DNA of 64,000 nucleotides. Origin: Lytechinus pictus. Taxonomy: Eukaryota. The notes beneath the pieces were generated by a model. The model did no database searches, was not told the origin of the DNA, and saw only the letters and a list, made by a program, of their open reading frames with translations. Position 1 is the first letter of the stretch; the number at the start of each line of letters is the position of its first letter. The position numbers and the translations under genes were made by a program. Where the stretch lies: the NCBI RefSeq assembly GCF_037042905.1, contig NC_087251.1, positions 12,216,001-12,280,000 of the forward strand. The letters are read 5' to 3'. Positions 1-13,933 of this stretch are shown here, in pieces.

Positions 1-7
1 GATAATT

Positions 8-1718
8 AAGTGCAACCAGGGAGTTTTATTTTTTAGAAATTCAATTCAAGTTCAATTCATTTTCAATTTACTAGTCTTTGATATGTAAAGAAGTATTTCC
101 TTCATTTGCTTTGGACAGAATATTCTAATTAACAGAAATTATTGTAATGTATTGGGGTATAAGTATAATACTATGTTAACAGAATAAACACATCGATTGA
201 TCAGTGCTCCCAGCTCCTAAGAAAGTTGCCTAACATTTCATTTGGATTATCTTACGAATAAGATGCTTGATCTCTGGAGCCAAGAAGGACTACACATTTC
301 TGATGCATGTGCTGTTCTGAGTTTACCATTGGGGCCCTTTTGCATTTTGTAAAGTGAAATTTAAGGATTTCGTGCATACTTTTGGTCAATTTTATTTATT
401 TTTCAGTAAAAATGCAAGTCTTCACAATTTCTGGGGGCAGCTGCCCCCCCCCCCCTTCCCGCTGCGGTATGGCCGTGGTTTACTTCGATGACATATGTGA
501 TTATTCTTTCTAGTAACATCCAGGTAGTTCAGCAAGTAGGAAAAAACAAGAACGACAAAAGAACAAAAACAAAATCTGCATCTACAATGTAGCATCTATG
601 CACATCACTATCGTGAAAACTGGTATTAAGTTTAGTTTTACGTTGTATATGCTCTGGAAAAAACACACTTGATAAAATAGTGCAAGCCGTGTTAAAGGGA
701 TGGTCCGGGCTGAAAATATTTATATCTTAATACATAGAGTAGAATTTACTGAGCAAAATGCCGAATATTTCATCAAAATCGGATAACAAATAATAAAGTT
801 ATTGAAGTTTAAAGTTAAGCAATATTTTGTGAAAACAGTCGTCATGAATATTTATTAGGTGGGCTGATGATGTCACATCTCCACTTGCCGTTTTCTTATG
901 TTATTACATAAAATCATAATTTTTTCATTATTTCATACTTGTGTGAATAATATGTCTCCCTTATAATGAAATAAGTTGCAGCAATAAATATCTAATGCAC
1001 TAAATCAGTTGTCAATCCAATTTTTCTAGTTCTTGGAGGAAAAAATTTGAATAAACCTAATTTCATGTAATAAAATACAAAAGAACAAGTGGGGATGTGA
1101 CATCATCAGCCCACCTAATGAATATTCATGACGACTGTTTTCACAAAATATTGCTAAACTTTGAAATTCAATAACTTTGTTATTTGTTATCCGATTTTGA
1201 TGAAATTTTCGGCATTTTGCTCAGTAAATTCTACGCTATTTATTAAGCTATAAATACTTTCAGCCCGGACCATCCCTTTAATGTCAGCACATAATCAGGA
1301 ATGAGTTGCCTTCTTGGCTCCAGAGATCGAGTAATGGTCAGAATATATCACATCAGCATGATAGACACACATGACTGACTACAAACAGCATGCTTGCACG
1401 ATGTTGCCTCTTTGTCAGACTTATCAACTTATCATATCATCCTCAATCCTAACCTCATTATCTTATTCGTAAGTTAATCCAAATAAGATATTAGGCATCT
1501 TTCTTAGGAGCTGGGAGCACTGATCAATCGATGTGTCTGTTAACATAGTGCACATATATACCCCAATACATTACAATACTTTCTGTTGATTAAAATATTA
1601 TGTACAAAGCAAATGGATGAAATGAATCTTTGCAAATCAAAGACTAGTAAATTGAAAATGAATTGAACTTGAATTGAATTTCTAAATCAAGAAACTCGGA
1701 AAGAGCTGGTTGCACTTA
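8..1718. repeat. Diverged long inverted repeat / foldback element (arms ~8-288 and ~1309-1718)
   Basis: CACATCGATTGATCAGTGCTCCCAGCTCCTAAGAAAG (~188-225) and AGAAATTCAATTCAAGTTCAATTCATTTTCAATTTACTAGTCTTTGA (~35-81) recur as reverse complements at ~1500-1536 and ~1637-1684. The left arm may continue beyond the window start. Confidence 0.75.
696..1277. mobile_element. MITE with TTAA TSD, Kolobok-like
   Basis: TTAA|AGGGATGGTCCGGGCTGAAA...TTTCAGCCCGGACCATCCCT|TTAA with ~200-bp inverted arms. A second family member is at 56151-56729. Confidence 0.85.
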
Positions 1719-2489
1719 TAACATCATGAAGATGGTACAACTTTTAAGGGCATTAGGGTTTGTCAAGTCGTTTCAAGGCATTCCTGCAATACCATGATAC
1801 CCCACTGAATGTATTCGACGTCTATCTCTGTTTATCTATTTTGTTCCTAAATAAGCACATTTAACCCCTTTATATATAATGTCTTCTTAGATATAAACTT
1901 TTCAAAATAAAGAACCCACGAAAAATAAGACTTCTAAACTTCTAACGGCTTTTAGACGTGTATATTTTGGCTTCCAATGAATTTTGACCTTTCCCTGACC
2001 TTGTATTGACCCTTTATATCTTCTGGATAAGGACTTTTGACGATGGACTTATCAAAATCGAAAATAAAATGCACACATGCATAAAAACACGGAAAAATTA
2101 ACTTTTTTCACACCTTCAGTGTAATTTGCCATTTAACGAAAGTTCGATGACCTTTTGACATTTCCGGTCAAAACTTTTTAACGGGAGGTCAAGAGTATAT
2201 ATTGTGTACACTTTTTTGTTCAGTATAACAAGACAAACAATTTGATGTGTCACTCGACAGAATCGGGGCAATTTAAAAAATTGACCCACGCTATTGATCC
2301 CATTTTGACCACTAACATGGTCAAGATGACCATTAGAATTTTGTCACCAAGTTGAAAGTTGTTCCTCGTGATGTCACCAATCACATAAAAGTGAAAAATC
2401 AGACTTAGCCAATTTGTCAAAGTAAATTACATATGCTGCCTGACTACAGTACTAAATAGAATTTAATTGGTATTACATGAAATAATTTT

Positions 2490-3195
2490 TATCGACCAAG
2501 TTGTTTATAAAGGATAGAAAAATAGGAGATGCAATTAGATTGATAGACGATATGATTTAGGGCAAAACAACACCTCAAGTTTCAACTGAATACGGTAATC
2601 AATAAGTCTTGGTAGAAGTCGACACTTTTTGTGAGGGACTCCCAATCTATTGATAGAATCAGCAAAATATTTGGGGATTTTACTTAGATTTCAGGCTTAA
2701 AAATGAATAAAGATAAAAACTTTATATTAGTGTGTTGGGTCCTCTTTCTTTTTTTTCTATAAAAATATTGAAGTCCCGTTTGGTAAATTTATAGTTGAAG
2801 CAATCAACTGATCAAAATATTGGGAATAACTATTTTATTAGATGTAGAAATTCAGGAAAATGTTAATTACAAAGAGATAAGTAAAATAAAAAATATATTA
2901 ATATGGTGGAAGCAAGGAGATCTCACCCTGATGGGCAAAATACAACTTCTGAAAACATTTGCACTTTCTAAAATAAATTATGTGTCTTCACTTTTACCAG
3001 TACCAATTTTAATGTTTGACTTATTATGGAATGGTAAAGATAAGGTCAAAAGAAACGTGATGTCTATGGAGTGCGAAAGGGGAGGACTCAAAATGATTGA
3101 TTTTCATTTGTTTGTAAGTACGGTATATGCACAAAGAGTCATGTGGCTGAAAAGGCTTTTGACAGGAGTTTTCAGAATAGGATGGAGAAGATTTT
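2490..3195 (+). pseudogene. Decayed L1/Tx1-clade non-LTR retrotransposon ORF2 fragment (RT and downstream region)
   Basis: Translates FIKDRKIGDAIRLIDDM (~2505-2555). ORF 2820-3245 contains W..GDLTLMGKIQLLKTFALSKINY...LWNGKDKVKR...GGLKMID, typical Tx1/L1 ORF2 motifs. Truncated by the Helentron-like insertion at 3196. Confidence 0.8.
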
Positions 3196-3261
3196 TGTCT
3201 CACCTGGCGCCATTTTCCAACGGTGGCTTCAACATCAAATCTTAACCGAAGGTTAAGTTTT

Positions 3262-3957
3262 TGTCTCGCCTGCGTAGCGGAGCGAGACATAGGTATCACT
3301 ATTTCCGGTGTCGGCGTCGTCGTTGTCGTCGTCGTTAACAATTGTGTTGTACACCCAATAACTTTCTATAGCTTCGAGGTGGGATCACCAAATTCATACC
3401 AGAGGTCCATCTCCTGAAGGCACAGGTCAAGTTCGACTATGAGTCGAATTTGAATCAGGTCAAAGGTCAATGAACTTTCCATGACTGGCACTGTGCTGTG
3501 CTGTACACACAATAACTTTCTATATCTTCGAGTTAGGATTGCCAAATTTCATACAAGAGGTCCATCTTTTGAAGGTGCAGGTCAAGTTCAAATGTGAGTT
3601 GAATTTGATTAAGGTCAAAGGTCAATGAACTTTCCATGACTGGCACTGTGCTGTGTTGTACACATAATAACTTTTTATATCTTCGAGGTAGGATTGCCAA
3701 ATTCAAACAAGAGGACCATCTCTTGAAGGTGCAGGTCAAGTTCGAATGTGAGTTGAATTTGATTAAGGTCAAAGGTCAATGAACTTTCCATGACTGGCAC
3801 TGCTGTGTTGTACACGCAATAACTTTCTATAGCTTCGAGGTGGGATCGCCAAACTCGTAACAGAGGTCCATCTAAGTCATATAGCATACATGTAGTTTTG
3901 ACATGCAGTCTCTTCATGACTGCAATATGCAGGCGAGACAACGCTTGGCGTTTGCCT
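3262..3957 (+). mobile_element. HINE/DINE-1-like element, family B, with ~3.5 internal tandem copies of a ~153-bp unit
   Basis: Subterminal inverted repeat TGTCTCGCCTGC...GCAGGCGAGACA, a (GTC)n microsatellite, units starting ~3344, 3498, 3652 and 3804, a 3' hairpin AACGC-TTG-GCGTT, and insertion in a T-run. Confidence 0.8.
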
Positions 3958-6529
3958 TTTTTAAATGACAGCATAACTTAGAAAGTATATGGACCTAGTT
4001 CATGAAACTTGGACATAAGGGGCCTGTTGCATGAAATGGTTTTTGGTAGAACCGCTCTACGTAAGAACGAGATATCGCTCAACTGTTTCACATAGCCGGT
4101 TTTAGCAATACAAAGAATGGTCCTTGGAAAGACACCTCCAGACATGTCCTACGTAGGCATGATCTTTGCATACCGCCCGCCATCGTCGGCATTGAGAAAA
4201 TATGCATTTACGGCAAGCCACACTGACATATCACCTTGGAACATTTTTGGGGGTCATTCGATTGCACACTGATGCATTTTACCTGGGATGCGCCAAGTTA
4301 TTTTTTATATGGGGGCTGTCATAAATTTCAGGCCGACTTGCACGGCAAGATGACCCAAAAACGGATGTCATTTTAACTTCTCCAGGGTATAGGCCCAAAT
4401 GATAAGTTTTCGATATGTTTTCTTTTATTTTCTCACATTTTCCCTTTTCCCCAACCCTTTCCAGTTTGTTTTTTTTCCAACCAAACTTAACATATCGAAA
4501 TGGGCGGCAATATCTCTGACCCCTTACGCTTTATCGTTAGATAAACAACATAAAAACAACTTTTTTTAAAGAAATTATGTTTATAGTAAAGAAAACAGAA
4601 AACATGTTTATAACGTTCAGCAAAAAAAACTAAGATGTTACTTAACATGCTAAATCATTTATTTTTATTTCATTTCATTTCCATTATCATTATTTATTGC
4701 TGAGATTTTAATCAATGAAAATTGTTGGATTTATGCTAACTTGAGATAATGAATGAAACCAAAAAGTTGCTAATTGAATTTGAATTATAGATTAGGCTTA
4801 TAGCTTAGCTTACGAATATCCATCACTATCATTACAAATGAAGATAAGTTCATTGTACCTACAAAAGACAATGTTATGGAAAGTCCATAAGAAAAGGCGC
4901 ATTTTAAATTGTAGGGTAGGCCCTATGTCATCATGGTCATGTTTAATAAAGCAATAATGTACATCTCGACTCCTTAACTTTGAAATGTTGAACATATATT
5001 CTTTTATATTCTTGAAGCTTATGTTCTTATATAAACTTACATAATGTTATCAACTTTAAATATGACCAACGTTTATGATCATTGTCATTTTAGCATTGTT
5101 TCGGTAAATATTTTTTTTTCCATTGCTGATTGATTTCACACATTTTTTTATGTTATATTAAATATTGCAAAGCACTACTTTAAAGGGATCGTTTAACATT
5201 GTGAGAAGCTGATTTAAAAAATTCTCAAATTAAGATGAATTATGTTTATGAGTTTATGTACTTGTTCTAAGAAACCCTGGAAATCATCTTTATTTTGAAT
5301 GAAAAGTTGTTAGTAGGTAGGAAAATGTGATTATATTAGAACTCGTCTACTAGACGATCTCCCAAATTACTGTGACATCCCGATTTGAAAATAAAATTGT
5401 AAGCCTCCCTCTGCGTTGAGATCGTAACGGACACGCAAGCGAGAACTGTCAATCAACCAACAGTGAATGGGGGCAAGACTGCTCCGGCCGGCATGCACTG
5501 AGAATTGTAAACATTACATGCAGCGCATGTTCTCTGCTGGCTCGTTTCCATAGTGCCTTGACGGTTCTAGTCGAAGCAGAGAAAGTAGTATGAAAGAAGA
5601 AAAACAGATTCTGATAGCGCAACGAAAGATATGTACAGACCATCTAAGATAAGAAAAATGCAGACTTACTGACTCCTCGCCGGGATGGTAGTAACGTGGC
5701 AAATTTGGGGCGATGTACTTTAATATTACATGAAGATAAAGCGAAAGTGTAGCACCAGAATAAAATATGTGCGATCCAGAACATCATACATGTACTTGAG
5801 AATAGAATAAGAACATGTGATCTCTCGAGCTCTGCGTGTGTCGTGAGCTGAGGCATGGACCATGGCTAGCTGAGGGAAGGATGGCTTTATCCCATGCGTG
5901 AACGTTTCGTTGTTTATGTGGGTATGCAAATGACTTGGTATTACGTAAGACTCTTCCCATATCGCTCGAAAAATGAACATAATACAGGACATTCATTTTT
6001 AATTGTGCAGTCACATGATTATAACATTTCATTTATTCAAGACTGTTTCTCTAATATCTGCCATATTTTACTCACGTATGCACTCCCTTCCTTTGAACGC
6101 GAGGTCCTTTCTTCGGAGTACCTTTAGAATCCAATGTCATGAATCGATTACAAAAGAGCAATTACCTACTAATTGCTGCTGCCGGTGTGGTGCGATATCA
6201 GTTTTGTCGCCCTCTACGTTCGTGAGTGAATTAAGAGTCCCCGGCGCGCGACAAGCAGGAATCGGATCGGGAGATGGATAAAGGATGGGGGGAGGGGGCA
6301 GATGGGGGAGGGGGGATGGCCCCGTAGAGGGAGTACATGACTTGTCCAATGTGGTGGATGTAGTAGGAGAGAGTGAAGTAATGGCAGGTGATATAATAAT
6401 CAGAGGACTTAAAAAGGGATGATATATATGAAGCGATCAAAGAGGGGGCGCGTGATCGAGGACACGTGCAATGGTATATAATTATGTTGATGATGTTGTT
6501 TAAGGAATGATATACGTTGATATCTATAT

Positions 6530-7385
6530 ATGGATACAGAATACTTGGATACTATTATATTAAAACATGTATGGATATGAATACATGGATACGTGGATAC
6601 TTGGATACTATTGGATACTTGGATACTTGGATACGTGGATACGCGGATACGTGGATACTTGGATACTATTGGATACTTGGATACTTGGATACGAGGATAC
6701 GTGGATACGTGGATACTTGGATACTGTTGGATACTTGGATACTTGGATACGTGGATACGCGGATACGTGGATACGTGGATACGTGGATACTTGGATACTA
6801 TTGGATACTTGGATACTTGGATACGTGGATACGTGGATACGCGGATACGTGGATACGCGGATACTATTGGATACTTGGATACTTGGATACGTGGATACGC
6901 GGATACGTGGATACGTGGATACGTGGATACTTGGATACTATTGGAGACTAAGATACTTTGATACTTGGATACGTGGATACGTGGATACGCGGATACGTGG
7001 ATACGTGGATACTTGGATACTGTTGGATACGCGGATACTTGGATACGTGGATACGCGGATACGTGGATACGTGGATACTTGGATACTATTGGCTACTTGG
7101 ATACTTGGATACGTGGATACGTGGATACGCGGATACGTGGATACGTACGTGGATACTTTGATACTATTGGATACTTGGATACTTGGATACGTGGATACGT
7201 GGATACGCGGATACGTGGATACGTGGATACTTGGATACTATTGGAGACTTGGATACTTGGATACGTGGATACGCGGATACGTGGATACGGGGATCTTAGA
7301 TACCTTTGGTTACATGGATACTTGGATACGCGGCTACGGGCACATGCCTACATGAAAACTTAGATACATAGATACTTGGATAAGA
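6530..7385 (+). repeat. 8-bp minisatellite GGATAC(GT/TT/GC) array, left arm of the Merlin-like element
   Basis: Directly visible tandem array with periodic GGATACTATT variants forming a higher-order unit. Confidence 0.95.
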
Positions 7386-7807
7386 ACATCAAGGAGTTTT
7401 TGATACTCTGGAACATGGAAAACACATGAAGAAGTGCATGATACTAAGTGTACTTTTAGAACGAAGCATCACAGACCCTAATTACCTTATTTTCAGATAA
7501 TTGACATCGTCACTTTTAATCTGTATTTTTCTTGAGAGAAAAGATAGAAAAGGCTACTTTCATCAGTGAATCGTTAAAAATTGGCTGCTCTCTTTATAAT
7601 TATAACGAGACATATATCAATTCCCTAAGCCCATATGATTACAATTTGACCAATTAATCTTAATCCTTTTTAGGATTGATTTTATTTAATTAAGTTGATT
7701 TCAGTAAACAAAATATAAATAAACTATTTGGATTATTATAGATTTTTCAGTCAACATAAAAGAAGGCTAATATAATACAATGTAACATGTACGAATATGC
7801 AGCTTAA

Positions 7808-7980
7808 AGGTCAAGTCTACCCAAAAAGTTATTGATTTGAATCAATAGAGAAATAAGAAACAAGCCAATTTCATCAAAAAACGTATGTAAAATAAGAAAG
7901 TTATGACATTTGGAAGTTTTTCGCTTATATTTCGCAAAACAATTACAATCATGTACAACTCAGTGATAAGTAATAAGACA
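7808..7980. mobile_element. Truncated left end of a TTAA/Kolobok-like MITE
   Basis: TTAAAGGTCAAGTCTACCC...TTTCATCAAAA...AAATAAGAAAGTTATGACATTT resembles the left end of the copy at 26727. Confidence 0.55.
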
Positions 7981-9602
7981 CGAGCAACAAAGAACAACAA
8001 AATAGTTAAGTAAGGGGATAATAAGAACGATATACGTTTTGGTTATATTAAAATGACCAATCAATTTCAAAACATTGGTTACAATTCGACAATTAATTTC
8101 ACTCACTCCTGTTGGTAATTGCAACGAGACACATCATAGGGCCAATATCACAATCCTTTTTTTAAACAAATTAATTTCATTCCTATGTCTTGTTATGTGA
8201 ATGTCTCGTTCTGATTATAAATTATCTCATATGACTCGTTCTATTTATAATTATTGGCATATAATTTACTTCTTTTCAAAAATTATAGAAAGAGTGAACT
8301 TGATGAAGAGAAATAGAAGAGGAATTACAGAAGGGGGAAAATAGGATAAAAGGAGAAGACGGAGGAGGAGAATGAAGAAAAATAGGAATATGAAGTAAGG
8401 GAGTGCAATACAAAGTTTTGTGAATGATATATTGCATTATTGGCATATAATTTACTTCTTTTCAAAAATTATCTTCCTACTTATACATCCAGAAGACTAT
8501 CAAGAGAGCATGGAGAACTGCAATTGTAACAGAACATCGGCATGCAATGACGCCTATGATATAATATCTCGTTTTAAGCATGAATTGGATTAAACTTTAA
8601 TTGGTGGGTTGTAATGTGAATGTCTCGTTCTGATTATAAATACGGATAAGTATTAGTCCTATATGATTCGTTCTATATCTTAATTTTTATCAAAAATGAT
8701 TTTTTTTTTAAATAAATATTTTATGAATTTAGACCTAGTTAAAAATTGAATAAGTTGACCGGTTTATGAAAAGACATGACTTTCTTAGCGTTTTTTGAAA
8801 TGGTGAACAGGAATGTTATATCTGACTAAACAATATTACTGATTCGAGTGCGAAGCGCGATTTAAAATATGTTATAGGGCCTATTGCGATCGGAAACTTC
8901 ATATTTTAAGTACGTTTTGTACATAAATTTAGACCTAAAAACGGACATTCCTTGCTTTTTTTTGGGGGGGGGGTCTTGTTGTATGCATTAAAAATTCTTT
9001 AGTAATTTACGTTAAATAATGTGTTTAATTGCCAATATTTATTATCATCTACGATTATGCTGTAACGAAAAATGCATACACGACATACCTACAGTTACAA
9101 CATCACCTTATTAATAAACTGGTAATTAGATACTGTCTTGCTCGAATGCAGTATACTGAAAATTTATCAAAATCGAATATAAAATAAGAAAGTTATGACA
9201 TTTAAAGATACGCTTATTTTCAACAATTGGAAATTTTGAAATATGACGTGCTTGCACAACACATGTAATTCGATTTAATTATGTTAAAAAATGTCACTTC
9301 AGAATTCCTTCAGTTCATTGATAAAGAACCACCTGTGAATGCCTTTGAGACTATAGGGATACCGTGTAAGATTAATACCCCAAATTCTTGAAAGGAGGGA
9401 TTAAGATTTAATAGTGATTACGTAATCTATTGAAGTTAATGACCGGCATGAACGTGAGACCGGCATGAGACGAGGAAAGAAAGATGAAATAAAAAAAGAG
9501 AAAAAATGTGAAAAAGGAATATAAGAAAAAACAGAAATTCAAGTTTATATTCCTAATGCATTTTAAGCACTTTGTTTGATCGTGAATGATATTTTATTAA
9601 TA

Positions 9603-9960
9603 AGAAATAATAATAAATGATAGCATGTTTATAAATATCGCTTTTCTCAGAACGGCTCAAAACGATTTACAGCATATTATTGTCCCATGATTCATTTCAA
9701 TCCCGCATGAAAAGTGCACAATTTCCACATCTTGGGAAGCATTCCTTGCATTCATCGCAGCCTCGAAATGGCGCTTGCAAATTCAAGCATACAATAACTT
9801 TCGCATCCAACCGGGTACCCATTTAGCACCTGGGTCGAGAGTGGCAAGGTGTGCCGGCAATACGTCTTACCAAAGGACGGTATATAGACCGCGGTGAGAA
9901 TCGAACACACGACTCACCGTTTACAAGGCGGGAGTCAGAACCACTATACACCACGACTCT
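9603..9960 (-). mobile_element. tRNA-derived SINE (CORE-like central domain, LINE-like tail)
   Basis: Minus strand: A box TGGTGTATAGTGG, B box GTTCGATTC, then GTCCTTTGGTAAGAC...CTCTCGACCCAGGTGCTAAATGGGTACC and an (ATT)n-type tail. A related copy is at 30014-30252. Confidence 0.75.
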
Positions 9961-10516
9961 TAAAAAAAAGGCTTACCTGAAAAAGTCGTGCACAGAACAT
10001 GTTTCTCATAAACATAAAATATGAGCGCGAACTTCTTTCAAACATCAAGGACGAAAAGACCTAAGTATTTTTCGTAAAAATGAATAGCGTGCACAATCTT
10101 CTTAATTAAAGTATTAAAAGCATGAAGAGCGAAATGAACCAATAATTTTAACAAATTGACCTAGCTGAAACACTGATATCTTCCCGTCTGTAAATTTCTT
10201 CACTCTTTTTCTTCTTTTCCACTCTTCTTTGCATTTATTCCATTTTTCCTTTTTACGCAGCCAATAGGGCGTAGAGATCGCATTCGGCCTCCTGGAATTG
10301 CCCATTTACATTTTATTTTTTAGTCTATATTTTAATTGGTACAAGAGGAGGCAAAGGCGATTAGACACTGGATTCACAAGTTCGTCCAAAAATTAAAACT
10401 GATATTTCTAATCTTACACATTCACAATTTTGGCCAATTATTTTCTGTTCATTATCGCGATTTTTTTTCCTATTTGATTCTATTTCACCTCATTTCATTC
10501 ATCTCCTTTGTTTATC

Positions 10517-10600
10517 CAGGGGCCGCGGAACGGTTTTCAAAGTGGGGGGGGGGGGGGGCTGAAGCCCCCCAGCCCCCCCCCCCCGGTTCCGCGGCCCCTG
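10517..10600. mobile_element. 84-bp miniature hAT-like palindromic element
   Basis: CAGGGGCCGCGGAAC...GTTCCGCGGCCCCTG, a perfect 15-bp TIR enclosing a G-run and a C-run. No TSD recognisable. Confidence 0.65.
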
Positions 10601-12759
10601 TAATTCCTATTTCTTTTGTGCTGTTTGTATATCTCTTTAATACTGGGAGGGATAAGCCAGCAGCAGGGAGAGGAGGGCAGTATTAGCACGACATTCCCCC
10701 TTTGTTTTTCTTTTCCACCATATCATTTTTTAAGTTTCCCTTTCCATTTTAATTATATTTCTTCTGTTTGTACTTTTTTTAAAGGGGTAAGCAAGACCAC
10801 CTCGCCCCTTGGTCTGCATGTGCCTTTCGAATGCAATTTGCATCCTAACTTCCCGTTTTCTTCCTCTTTTGTAATATATGTATTAATTTGTGGAAAAAAC
10901 TATTAGAAAGTAATGTTATAAAGGGAGCCTCGACTTTGCTATTAACATATGCAGTCTTTTTAAAGTTACCTTAGATCCGAGATAATTTATTGTCATGTAT
11001 AAAATGCACAAAATCTGCTTTCAAAAAGTGAATACTATTACACCGACAAACACAATTGTTTTTAGCCTACATATTTCAACAATCAAATAATGTGTGCGCA
11101 AAGCGCGAGCTGAATATTTCTTACATTCCCAGCTATATACAGGGCATTCTAAGCACCTTTTAAAATCACGAACAGGATAGGGGTATGACTATACACTTGA
11201 TGTGATCGCGAAGCGCGAGCCGAAACGAAATTCGACATCTCACGTTTTGTAAATCATGAAAAGGATGGATAAGTGGATAAATGGATAACATTCCTACATT
11301 AATAATTTGATAATCTGATCTGAAACTGGAACAAGATTCGTATCTAAATAAATATGCGTGCGTGTGTTTAGATTCAAACCTAGAATCTGGACATTCTAAT
11401 TACATTCTTTATCATAATAGCAATAATAAGAGCGCGATCCGCGAGCTAAAGATATTTGATTTTCCGATCCCCCCAAAAAAGTTAATTTAAGCGCAATTAC
11501 GAATTGGATATGGATCCTGCTTAATAAATGATGCGAGTCAAAGCGCAAGTTGATATTTTTATCAATACATATATTTCCAGTTGCGACCGGGAAATTTTAA
11601 GGACATTTTTGTTTTTGTCGAGAGATGAAACTTGTCGATATTCCGTTCTGAAAAAAAAACCGGACAATGATTATTAGGAAATAATGAAAATATTATTATC
11701 TTACTTATTAATCTAATAAGCCCAATGAGGTCGCGAAATTAATATCAAGGTAAAAAAACTGGATATTTTGTAATCATGAAAAGGATGCATGGGTTAATAT
11801 ACTTTAAAGAATACTTTAAAAATAATGCGAGCGCAAATTGCAAGCCGAAAATTTTGATAAACTGTCAAGAAAGAGGAATTTAAAATAATTTGTTACAATT
11901 GATATAGGTATACATTACTCCCCAATGAAAATGCAAGTGCGCAGCTTTAGCTGATACTATTCAGAATCAGATAAGCCTAAAAAGGGATATTTTTCAAAAA
12001 AATATGGAATACACGAAGAGAATAGTTACTTGACGAATTAAATAATGCTAGTGCGCAGCGCGAGCGGAAAATGTCGATATTTAGACCATAAAATATAGTA
12101 ATTTTACAGAAAACTATAAAATATATTTGTAAATCAAACAAATTGAAAACTCAGTGTCCGAGAAATATTTCATATATTTACTTCAAAACTTGATATTTTA
12201 AGCTCAATATAAGCCTATTGAGCAAGTTATGTATATCATAGATTAGGCAATGTGAGCACAAAGCGAGCGAAAATTTAAAATAGTGACATGAAATCCCCCC
12301 CCCCCCTCATCTTATTTTATTCACTCGTCTTACTCCTCTTATTTTCCCTCTTCATTTTCTATTCTCTTTTCTCTTCTTTTTCCTCTCTTTCCATTTTTTC
12401 TTGTTTGCTCGTTCCAAAAAGTGGGGGGGGGGGGGGCATTTGATATCAAATTCCAAAAAGTGAGGGGAAGCGTCTCCCTGTCCCCCAGGGATTTCCACCA
12501 ATGTATGCAATTTGATTTGAAATAAAAGAAAACCCTACATCGTCTTTGTAGTCGATTTTTTTTTTAATAGCGTACTTTCATGACGAATTACTTCATTCTC
12601 GCCTGCTCCTAAATCGGATTTAATAAGAAAATCAATGTTTCTTTTAAAAAAACCGCACCCCAAACCTCAAATAACACCCCTAAATTCATTTTAAAAAAAT
12701 ATATGAACGATAATTTTCTTGGAGTATTCGCAATTTGTCCGAAAATTATTCTTATTGTC

Positions 12760-13049
12760 CTCGTCCTTAAATTTACCACTCGTGACGTTGTCCTAAATGT
12801 CTCCGGTTCTGTCCTAATACGATCTGCATGCTGTCCGCGCCGAACGCCGACAAATTTATTTAGATAATCTTGTCCCAGGACAGTTCCAGGAATGTCCTAC
12901 GACAATACGCAGACAGTCCTGATCGTGTCCTAGGACAAGATCATTTGCATAATCTTTTACGGAATTTGGTTGCCGACAGCATGCCGAAATGACAAAAGTA
13001 GCTTCCGCAACCCTTCCTGGTCTTGTCCGCGCCCTAGTGGAAAACCGCC
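12760..13049. mobile_element. Orphan right end of a Harbinger-like element
   Basis: Cluster of TGTCC/GGACA subterminal motifs ending CTAGTGGAAAACCGCCT-TAA. No matching left end found. Confidence 0.4.
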
Positions 13050-13383
13050 TTAAAAAAACAAGCTGTGTGTCTCGAACAATTAAATGTGAGCGCGAAGCAC
13101 GAGCTTAATTTTTTGTATATTGACATGATAAAGGAGCATTTTGACAAATTTTGGAAAGAATTTCCAAAGAGGATAGGTATCTCACAAATCAAACAATGCG
13201 AGTGCGCAGCGCGAGCTGGAAACTTTTATATAACAATTTGTGTAAATCAAACAAAATAATGAAAGCTTGAGGTGCGAGCTAAAACATTGTGTGCAAATTG
13301 ATTTCAGAACTGGATATATGAAATGTCATTTAATTCTCTTGAATGGGATTCATTACAAAGGCAATGCGAGCGCGAAGCGCGAG

Positions 13384-13933
13384 CCACTTCCATTCACGAG
13401 TAGATACCATGCGCGACCATGGGGTCTCGAAAAGCACCCTAAACACGTAATTTCCATATTCTGAAAATGCGCCCCTTAACAAGTATTGGCGCGTGAAACC
13501 CTACCCTTAACAAGAATTGGTAACAAAACGATACTCTTGGCAAATGTTCCCTGAAATGAACCCCTAAACAAGTACAGGAATGTTTTATTGTTACGGGTCC
13601 TTCGGTCGTCGGCTTTACCTTATTTGGTTTAGTACGACCCCACCTTCTACACCTCGCGCAAATCGTGACTCTAAATACGAAGTGTTGGGGCAAAAAGGAC
13701 ATCCTTTATAAAACATTTTAATTTTGTTTTATCATCCCCGCGAATTCGACCCTAAACACGTAATTTTCCTAGCGAAATAGATACCCTTTTTTCATTATTT
13801 TTGTGTTTTTGACACCCTTATCACGTTACGTACATAACGTGCCCTATCGTGAAAAAGACATCCTTTTTACGGGTTTTTTTTTTGGTCGCGCATGGTATCC
13901 ACTCGTCAATGTAAGTGCCCCCCCCCCGCGGGG
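13384..13933. mobile_element. MITE with CACTTCCATT(G/C)ACGAGT(G/A)GATACCATG inverted ends and a poly-C terminus
   Basis: CACTTCCATTCACGAGTAGATACCATGCGCGACC...GGTCGCGCATGGTATCCACTCGTCAATGTAAGTGCCCC. The same family occurs in opposite orientation at 28788-29311. Confidence 0.8.

Noticed and set aside
4238..4272. G-V-I-(D)-C-T-like string resembling the Harbinger transposase GxIDCTH motif
   Set aside because: Needs frameshifts within a few codons and has no supporting flanking motifs; probably chance.
6517..7363. Long ORFs (up to 262 aa) of DTWIRGY repeats
   Set aside because: Translation of an 8-bp minisatellite. All three frames give the same peptide, so the open frames need no coding explanation.
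6530..7385. CRISPR-like or telomere-like array
   Set aside because: No unique spacers, eukaryotic context, and the unit is not TTAGGG.
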